Origin: Raillietiella orientalis
Taxonomy: Eukaryota
Reading direction: 5' to 3'
DNA length: 64,000 nucleotides
Assembly (NCBI GenBank): GCA_036172245.1
Contig: JAYWIR010000014.1
Coordinates: 1,612,001-1,676,000, forward strand
Shown: piece by piece, positions 41,286 through 50,780 of the stretch
How the letters are laid out: every line of letters begins with the position of its first letter
How positions within the stretch are numbered: position 1 is the first letter of the stretch
Notes under the pieces: model-generated
Databases searched by the model: none
Told to the model about the DNA's origin: nothing
The model's input: only the letters and a program-made list of their open reading frames with translations
Translations under genes and position numbers: made by a program

Positions 41286-44200
41286 ACAAAGCAAACGTCC
41301 TGAGTGGCTGCACCTCGAGACCCACAGCTTTCGGTACTCCATGAATGCTCTCCGGAAGCAACGCCATCGATCTCGGGTGGAGCCTGGGAACCGTCAGAGA
41401 TCTGCTCACGCACCTCTGCCAGGAGAAAGAGGAGCGTGGGCAGGTTGACTTCTGTTGCAAACTTTGGCAGCTGCTCCCGGGGTGAGCTCGCATCGCCCAG
41501 ACATCTAGCGCTATAGGACTCGGCTGCCTCCCAAAGCACGTCCGTTTTCTCCTGTGTCTGTGAACCGGTCCGGTCATCTACTCCGTCTTTTTCACGTTAG
41601 GATGTGTACCCGTTTGGCGTCTTTTTTCACCACTACAGGCCATGCGCGTCGTGGGTACTCGCACGCTTCTACGCTCGAGCTTTTTTTTTTTTTTTTGGCC
41701 ACAGCTGCATCCTCGAGTTCTTCCTCTCGTGCATCCTTGCGCACTCTCTCTTTACGCACTTCCCCTCTTCGAGAGGGGCGCCCCTTCGGGTTTGCTGAGG
41801 CCGGAACTGCTCAGCTAGAAGCACGATTAAGGATCCTGAAATGACTACCCGAGGGAGCAGCCATGGGAATTTTTTCCGTCCCAAAGGGTCCCAAGGGGCC
41901 GCATGAAATGTGCTGCGGGTCACTGCTTGTTGTACGCAGCCAGCGCTGAGTTCTTGCACTGGAATTCGGGACGGTCCCTTCCTTTGCACCAAGGTTTTCT
42001 TCCTTTTTAAGTTGTAGGGTGCAACCTACTTTCGCCGGTCCACTGTTGGGTCTTTCCCTGAACACCAATCACGTCCGTAAAATACTCGACAGCGCGAACG
42101 TCGAGGAGAAGCAGAAGGGTTGAGACTTCGGATGAGACCTCAGCAGCTAATTGCTTCCCAGTCGGATCGAATTTTCGAGAGGCTTTCAAGCAGGCCTGGA
42201 GGGCAGCGAGGCAAGAGGGGCTGCAGACCCGCCATGACTGCTCGGGAAGCTTCGCGGGAGATGGTCGTACGAAACGGAAGAGGCGCGTGTGATCTCACCC
42301 GCACGGAAAACTCGGCAGACCTTCAGGAAAGAACTCTTTGGAAGGTAGGATGAAAAATGTGTGGATCTCCGGACCACGAGCAGGGAAGACAACCGCGCTC
42401 ACCATGCGCACGGGAGTGCGATGCGGAAGAGTACAGGAGACAACACAACCGGCTTCCGAGACTGGCCGGAGGAGGTGGAAGGGCAGCCAAAGGCAAGGCG
42501 CTCGTCTCCCGCTCCCTTCCCTCCAGCCGAGGGAGGAGGAACGCGCTCTCCTGCTTCGGGCGTGGTGTCACGCTCAGGGTCCGAAAAGATCGAGAGACTC
42601 ACCCCTACTGAATGAGTCCGGTCGCCACTGTGGTGGCGACCGACCGACCGAAAGGCGTGGGGCGCCGGGGGAGATTTCGCAAGGTGAATATCCCTAGGGC
42701 ATGCGCGCACAGCGGAGAAGCACTCAAGGTGAACGCTCCTTGATTCTCCATCTCACAACAATAAGTTAGCCCATTAGCGTCGGGGGAAGAAGGGGGGGGT
42801 TTGACCTTCCAAATTTCTGCCAGCAGCAGCCTGAGCGCCGATTAAAGACAGTAGGGTTGTCGACCTGAAACAGATGCGCGATCGCCTCGGGTCATCGGGA
42901 AAACAGAACGCTGCATCCTTGCGGAGGGTTCTCGGACCGGCAGCTGGCTCTGCGATGGAGAAGAGAGGAGACAAGAGGATTTCGGAGCCTGGAGGCGCGC
43001 AGGTGATCGTTGATCTTTGACGACATCAGGAGAGCTTTGCTTCTTGTTTGGTGGGAATTGAGCCAGGGGAACCTTTTCTTCCCAATGGGGTCAGGTGCCC
43101 TGCTGAGTGTCATTCGACCAGTATGAGCTAAACACTGAACTGTCCAAGTGCAGGAGCCCTTTATTTTTACTCCCGTCCATTTTCGAAAGATGCCACTGGA
43201 ATTCGTTCCTCCCGAGGTCATCTGATCTTCCTCCAGCCCCTCCGTCTCACTTCGTTCCATAGACCAACTTGGAAAAGCGAGTAGGCAGTCGAGGAGATGG
43301 CCGTTTCCTCTCGCGCCGGTGAACGGACGAGGATCTTGGGGCGGACGAGGGCTTTCTCCTAACTCGCCAGGTTCCTCTGCCGGATTTCAGGTGCCCTGGG
43401 AAGGGGAAGAGCTTCTGGGACCCTTCGCCACCTCCCTCTATCCCTGCTCAGTGGGAACTAAGTTCCAGAGCTTTCAGATGGGCAACTCTACCTTTTCGTG
43501 GGTACACGAGATCCGAGGCTGGAGGAGGGGTACCTAGACAAGAGGGGAGGTTTCGTCCTTCCCTTAGCGATCGCCTTTCTCAGCGACGGACTTTCGCATT
43601 TTACTATCGTCGGAAATATCCTGAAGTTGCCTTTTCGGACAAACCCTCATAATGGCTTCCTGATCACTTGTTTTCTCTTGCTCTCATGAACACCTACCAA
43701 AGGGGCCATCTGAATCCAGTATCACTTTGCCTGCTGATGTGAGGCGGCGCTTTCATGATGCTGCAGAGTCCATGAACCGGAGCTCGTTGTCGTACTCACT
43801 AAGCAGAATGTTCGGAGTGACACACGCCTGCCTTTTTTGATTGTGCTCGACAACCTTTGGTCGGCTTTTGTTTCTCAGTATCGCCAGCTCTTCGGATTTT
43901 CTGCTGATCTGCAGGTCAGAGGATACCAGAAGGCTGTTGGAAATTCGACCAAAACCTCGATGGTCACCATCTCCATCTTTGGCTGCTTCCTATTTAGGAC
44001 GGTGAGGCCCAAACCCGTGTGGACCGAATCCCTTCTGGCATCATGAAACGACGACCATACTCCAAGCTTCCCTGGCTGGATGAAATCCCTGATTTCGCTC
44101 GGGTTCATGAGCCGAACTCGTCTACTCATAGATTTTCCTCGAGGCCCGAAAGCTTTCCAGCAAGGAAGCCCTGGCTTCCGCCCTACAAGAGTACAGTATC

Positions 44201-44737
44201 TGCGAAAGGGAGGGACAGATCAGAAACTTGACGGTCCTCTCGGAAAGTACGCTTCCCAAAGGGAAGTGATGACAGGAGGATTTCTTTCAGACAGGAAGAG
44301 CGGCAGCTCTCGTCGTGCGTGCCCTCGAGGTATTCGAGACCAGACGCGTGCGGTCCCGCGAGCTGCAAATCGCCCCCGCAAAATGCAGTCGAAATCTGTA
44401 TTATTGGGGCTGCTTCTATAAAGAAGCGGTCAAGATACAGACTCACAATTTGCCTATTTTTGTTGTTGTTGTTGTTTGCCAGGCAAGAAGAATTTCCAGT
44501 TTTTGATTTCGCGGCGACTCCCTCAGATGCGGTCACTGCTTTTTTGGAACTCAAAGTGGTGTATCTTTCTAGGTCTCCGGCGCACCTATCCCAGATCATC
44601 TGTCGTAAATCTGTAAGTAGCCGTAGCTCCATTCTCTCAGTAAAGAGTGGATGCACGCTGCACTCGTTAGGATCTGAAAGGAAATGTTTTCTCAAGCAGT
44701 GGTTCTGGAGTATTGCAACAGATGGAGCTTTTTGAGC

Positions 44738-45046
44738 AGAAGGCATCGAGACGAGTGGAACCGCTCACTCGGCTGCACACACCCACCCTTGCCGAAGTAG
44801 ACCGAGCTCGCCCCGGAGTCAGCGAGGTGTGGTGGTTGCGAGCCCAAGCTGGCACGCTGGTGTCGGAGAAGACGTGCGCCGATTTTGCGCCTCCTGCCAA
44901 CGCAGGCAAAAACCGTGGTGCCATTATCGGTTGCACGTGTCGTTGGTTCATGCCTGGATTCAGCTGTCAAGCACTGCTCAGCTTCTGCTGAGAACTCAGC
45001 CGGATCCAGGCACATCCAGGTTCATCCACGACCTCTTGAAAAAAAT
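44738..45046 (+). repeat. Left arm of a ~310-bp inverted repeat (partner 46384-46693)
   Basis: Direct comparison with the reverse complement of 46384-46693 gives about 7 substitutions and one A-run indel; 44766-45010 is identical. The ORF track gives near-identical peptides on opposite strands (e.g. 44829..45065+ vs 46324..46602-). Confidence 0.95.
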
Positions 45047-46383
45047 GCTGTTTATAAGGCGCTGACAATATAAGGCTCAGAGAGTTCAGGTACGAATTTT
45101 CAGATACGACAAGAGCGGAGAACTAGGTTCGCATTTCCAAGCCATGCTATGGGATCTGCGATAATGGCGATCTGCATTGGTTCGTTGCAGAAACCAAGGA
45201 CAACAAAACAATGGCTCTCAATCTCTTGTTCGAACTTTTGGCCAAGGGCAAACGCAATGAAGACGGTCTCTCCGGCTTCAGGAAAGACCGATTGCCTGCT
45301 TGAGGCTTCTGCGATGGATGACTACACCTGATATTTTCATTAATGGACAGAAAAAGGTGAAGCAAAGGAGACGACGGTAGAACGAAGCATGTGTGGACTG
45401 CAGACAAAAAATGATCAAGGGTGTGCAGTGGACGAATATGGTATGCTCCAAGAGAGTCATCTCGCTACTTTGGGTTGCAGCTGCATAAGTTTAAACGAAA
45501 CGAACCCAAACACACAACTGAAGAAGCACTCAAGGGTGTCTGAGAAGGGTTCGTCCCAGGCACCCCTGAGACGAATCCGCCTGGCTACCGGAAATGGTGA
45601 GTGAAGACAGATTTCAAGCAGAATGCCTATAGGGAGCACCTGTAGCTGATGTTTTTTTAAATCGGGCGCAGTAGCACAAGATCGTTCTATCATGCAGTTT
45701 TTGCTTTTCGAGGGCCAAATGGTAGATGATATGCTGAATGCTTTTCTTTCTGCAAGCAGGTGGATGAAGAACCTTTGATTTTTTCATTTCTTTGTTTCAT
45801 GGGAGCATTATCCATGTCTAATGAGCTGAACAAGAAGGAATGCAAAAGAAGTCTGCAATTATCTTCGGAACGAACACTAGTCCATCTCATTTCCATAGTC
45901 ATACCCTAATTGCTTGTTCCAAATGAGTGACTGACATGCTCATTCCAAATGGTGCATTATAATATTTTCATCTGCATATTAGAGCCAATCAAACGGATTT
46001 GTTACAACTTAAACTTCCATTCTGGGTGCCTTTTTTTTTTTTTTTCTACACCAAAATCAAGAATCGAAGTGTCCTCAACGGAAGCACAAAGAGGGACACA
46101 ACTGGTACTGATGAGGAATTGCATCCTCTCGAGAGGATGAACTTCGAATGAGTCAAAGTCCAAAATCAGTTCGACTGAATTCGGAGCTCTGTAATCTTGT
46201 ATTGGAAGGACCTCCTAGAAGCTTACGACTGCGAAAAACTGATAGTAGACAGGGTACCCGAAACTGCCTTCTAAAGGTCTGAGTAAAAAAGAAAGAAAAG
46301 AAAAATGAAAAACAGAAGTTTCGCTAAGAATTTCTAGAAAATGGCCATTGTTTTCGATGAGGCAGAATCGTGCGAGAAAGAGA

Positions 46384-46693
46384 ATTTTTTTTCAAGAGGC
46401 CGTGGATGAACCTGGATGTACCTGGATCCGGCTGAGTTCTCAGCAGAAGCTGAGCAGTGCTTGACAGCTGAATCCAGGCATGAACCAACGACACGTGCAA
46501 CCGATAATGGCACCACGGTTTTTGCCTGCGTTGGCAGGAGGCGCAAAATCGGCGCACGTCTTCTCCGACACCAGCGTGCCAGCTTGGGCTCGCAACCACC
46601 ACACCTCGCTGACTCCGGGGCGAGCTCGGTCTACTTCGGCAAGGGTGGGTGTGTGCAGCCGAGTGGGCGGTTCAACTCGGATCGATGTCTTCT
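46384..46693 (-). repeat. Right arm of a ~310-bp inverted repeat (partner 44738-45046)
   Basis: Reverse complement of 44738-45046. The spacer of about 1.34 kb has no recognisable transposase ORF. Confidence 0.95.
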
Positions 46694-47588
46694 AGCATGT
46701 TTCGGTTCGTTCCTAGCGTGGCTGGTTGTACAAGGAAGTGCCTTCCGATGGTTCCAGCTCTGCTTCTCAGATTTGTCTTGGACTAGACTAGAGAATTTCC
46801 TATCCTCAGAATCAGTCCCAATTAAATGGTTTTTCGCCTTGTCTGATACAAGTTTAACATGAACTTTGTGATAGTGTCAGACGATGGCCTATCAGCCTGT
46901 ACACGAAAGTCGATGGCTCTGGTTTTGTCAAACGAGCGAAATGTATGCAACTATCGTCTGCTCATGAGGGTATATTCTCTCTGATAGGAGCTCTGTTTTC
47001 TGCACACATGCTCGGAAGACGTAAAGCTTTTCCTATTTTTTATTTTTTTTTTCATTACCAGTTCTTGTCAATCATAGCTCACAGCGCAGTGACTAGTTGC
47101 TATGGGTTTCTGTCTTCGACGTTGTTTTAACTTGAAGCATTTTGAGGAATGGACACAAATGAAAAAGAGGAAAATTTTAGGAGGAAGGAAGGATGTAGAC
47201 AAGCTCAGAGGGCAGAACCAGCTGGATATTCCCTCTGCTGAGTGACACCCCATGATACTTACAGAGCTGCGAAGATTCAGAACGCAACTCAAATCCATGG
47301 TCCATGCTCTGCGGTTCGGTCCTAGGTCAATCAAATCAAGGCATGCTGCTTCGATTTGATTGGACAGGTGAGAATTTGAACTAAAGAGGTTCTTAATGAA
47401 CTTAAGCGAAATCCCTACTCCTGTGGGTTTATCTGTGCCCAGTCGATAAGTTGGTCAACATCAAGTTTACATACCAAGCTTCCCATCCATCTTACTGTAT
47501 GATCTCAGTTTCTTTTCGTTCTCATTATTAGCTAATGATGATTGGCAGGCTGTGCAAGAACAACGGTCGTTAACGATAAGCTCAGTTG

Positions 47589-47655
47589 CTGAAACCCCTC
47601 TCAGGGAGCGATGACCAAACCTATGCAGGCATAGGTTTGGTCAAATGGGTTTCAG
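47589..47655. repeat. Nested palindromic element: perfect 15-bp inverted repeat inside a 9-bp inverted repeat
   Basis: tgaccaaacctatgc (47612-47626) + ag + gcataggtttggtca (47629-47643), flanked by ctgaaaccc (47589-47597) and gggtttcag (47647-47655). Confidence 0.85.
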
Positions 47656-50600
47656 ATACGACCAAGAATGATCAAATGGACAGCATCTCACTCAAACTAA
47701 CTTTTCCCTAATCTTTCAAGGAAAAAGTACAAAAGGGAAGGAAAGAATACTGGGAGGATTCGGCGGAGGGAACGAAACGTCAACAAAAAGGAATAAAATT
47801 TGGTATCCAAAGACCCCAAAAAATTAGTTGTCTTATTATGAATCATATGGATTGTATTTTCTGAATAAATATACCATGCAAAGTATTATTCCATACACTT
47901 AGTTTGACATGTATAAAAAAACCCTTTTAAGCATCAAAATTTTAAAAATAGGACGAGCATCTTGAAATTCACTTCATAAGCTTGCTTTAGTAGCCCTTTA
48001 TAACGCCAACTAGCTAGAGGTTTTGACGGCCCTCCCTTCTGTGCATCTAAGCATAATCACACTGTATTAGAATATGAAAACAGGATCCTCTTTCTTCCTC
48101 CCAGGGTCAGTTTGCATGATTTAGTGAATACATTTACCTAGGTACGTTTGCCTCTTCGTTACGGCCAAATTCAGTAGTGGTGGGGAAATATTAGGCTGAT
48201 CCTATCCACTCTGATCGAAGCACAATGGAGAACCCTAATTTTCATGCATCATTAACTCTCGGTGCATGAAAATTAAGCTTATAGAATATATCGAGGATGA
48301 GGTCGCATTTTCTCCAAGATGGGACTAAGTAATTACTGAGGATTCAGTAAGCAGTCATAAAGTTAGCCCAGACTAATGAGTCTCATTAGAAGATCATAGA
48401 ATGGCACCGAAGAGGAACAAAGAACATGAAAGAGCATGTACAAATTCGATCAAGCGAGAAGCAAAACAGCAGTATACGCGCTACCTAGGAAAGCACGCAG
48501 ACCATGAATTTGTAGAATGGGAAATTATTGGAAAGAAAGATCACAAAACGAGCTCAACACCCGCTGATACCTCATCTTCCATTAACACTTAATATATGAA
48601 CTTCGAGTGTCCACAGAGTTAAGGAAGCAGAACGAAGGTTGTTAGAAAGGGACATGCAGTGGAAGCAAACATCGGTGTATGAACCATATGAAAGGTTCCA
48701 GCTAAGAATCTATAACAGAGTTGTAGAAAAAAGAAAAAGAAAAACTAACTAAAACGGAATTCAGAAGAAAGAAAGTGAGAATTCAGATAACTTGAATGAA
48801 ACCTTAGCCGAACTTGGTGAATGAATTAGGAGAACAAGTTGGAAATCAGGAAGCATTTCACCAATGGCAAGAGTAGGATGATTCTTAAGAATCAATTTCA
48901 ATATAGGAGATGAGACAATATAAATAAAGTTTGGGTGAGGATTCACAGATCTGAACAGATATGTAGGAGTGTTGTTTGGTAACCGCTAAAACTGATCGCA
49001 AAGATGGAGCATCCTCATCCTTAGCCAATATAAATCTCTGTTAAACTTTCTTTTTGACAAGCTTCAACGACAAAAAAATATTTGATATGAGATGAAACAT
49101 AAAATTTATGAAAACTTCACATTGAAGGATTCGTGCTAGAATTATTGACAATCACAATATTGGTACATCATTGAATGATTTTTTGGATTCACTTGTTGCC
49201 TTCCGTTTAATACGTAGGGTGAAATTTAGAAATGCATATTTCAGAGATTTTTCCAGCACAAACGTAGAGAGTATTCCTTAGACTGTTTTTTAGAATGATG
49301 GAGTGTTCAAGGCACCAGAGTGATGGGGAATGTTGGTAGGAGCAGGATACTTTCATTGTGAAAAAACCAAAAAAAAAATGGAACTCAAGAATCGAGAGTC
49401 TTAGTATTGAGAATTGCTTATTTTCCCAGCCCAGACGTTTCTTCTCAAAACAAATGTATGTGACTTTCCACCTCAGATGCCTTTTTTCTTTGTTCTGAAA
49501 GATTCCCAGGAGGCCTTATCACATGCAAAACAACCTGATTTTGCCAAACTAACGGTTTGATGGAAACCCTCGCGGATAGGTCAGCCCCACAGAAACTGCA
49601 TTTTCTCAGAGATGACCATCTTCCAAAAATTGGAAGCACGTTGAAAATGCTTTGCTTTGCTTACAGGAGAAGAGCGTGTTCACATTTGCAATTTGTATTC
49701 AAGAGTGAAAGTTTTATTTTGGTACAAATGCCGAGACACATTTGCTGCAAACATTGCCTAACCAAAGAATTTCCGCTTCAGCCGCACTCGTTTAAGTACT
49801 TTTTTTTGTTATCACTCATCCACAGTGCAGATATGCTTCTAAAACAGGAGGAAAGTATAAATGTATCAAGTGAAACGTCGTATAGGTGAAAGAAAAAAAA
49901 ATCCAAGATCCAGATGTATCTGGTTGCGTGCAAAAAATGGAGTCGCAAGGACTGAAGGTTCAACATTCAGAGTATCCTGGACTTTTTTTCTCAATCCCTG
50001 CCATTAACGTTTTTCATCCATTACAAAATTGATTGGGATAAGGTACTTGCCCATAAATGTTATCTGGTAGTATAGACTCAAAAAATGAGCGTGGTGAAAG
50101 TCAAACTTGCAAGAGAAGTTGCCTTTTTAAAAGGATGTTGATACATGCCAACGTGTTAAAGTTTGTAGCAAGCGTAATTTGATCGTCCAAGTTGCAAATG
50201 TACTCTGGTTGGAATATATTTGCTAATTGGATTTAATTTGCAGCGATTCCGCTCGTAAATCTCGTCAGCAAATTTACCAACATCGACGATTTGAAAACAC
50301 ATCGTCCCACCTCATTTTAGAAATTCAAAAGTTTTAAGACGTTAACATTACGATGCAATTCGGCCACATTTTGAATATCGAATTGTGTTTTGTCGAATTA
50401 ATCGAATGAGTCCTAATGTGCATTTTTCAGTGAAGGTAGTCACTGAAAGTTTAATACATGAAAAGTGTTGCTTAAAACAATTTTGACTGCTTTTGTTATG
50501 CTTCCCATAATATGATTAGCTGGCATGATGCGAGCATGCCTTATGACTAGTACTCTTTAGCATGTTGAATTTTAACGTACTTCATTTCTCAAGGTTTTTG

Positions 50601-50713
50601 GAAAAATCATATGAATTAGGCACATACTGAGTACATTTTATCGCCCTTGCAATTTTTGCAATTAATTACTTTATTTTTTGTCTTTCATAAATCAGGGGTG
50701 AACTGATGATCCA

Positions 50714-50773
50714 ATGGTTGCCCCGTTGAATCATTTCCAGTCTTCTGTCTTTTATAAATCAATGCTGAAGTGA
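50714..50773 (+). promoter_or_regulatory. Upstream ORF (MVAPLNHFQSSVFYKSMLK*) in the SCYL2 5' leader, derived from duplication of the SCYL2 start region
   Basis: ATG at 50714 and TGA at 50771-50773, ending 7 nt before the SCYL2 ATG. Its first 39 nt match the first 39 nt of the SCYL2 CDS at 32 positions. A strong acceptor (ttttttgtctttcataaatcag, ending 50695) suggests this lies within the mRNA leader. Confidence 0.6.
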
Positions 50774-50780
50774 TATTCTA

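Larger units (their letters stand above)
13000..45000. other. GC/CpG-rich domain without a recognisable protein-coding gene
   Basis: By eye, GC and CpG content are much higher than in the flanks, with a dip at about 22.5-28 kb. ORFs overlap in all six frames with R/G/P/S/A-biased translations and no recognisable domain. Boundaries are gradual and approximate. Confidence 0.6.

Noticed and set aside
42007..42189. FDPTGK and nearby LDPTE/LDPIE peptides suggesting tarsal-less/mille-pattes smORFs
   Set aside because: No LDPTGxY-stop motif in a short ATG-initiated ORF was found.
44416..44446. Minus-strand 31-nt intron-like segment GTGAGT...cttgac...ctttATAG within ORF 44183..44746
   Set aside because: It is shorter than any intron supported here (39 nt or more), and removing it does not give a recognisable protein; it needs RNA evidence.
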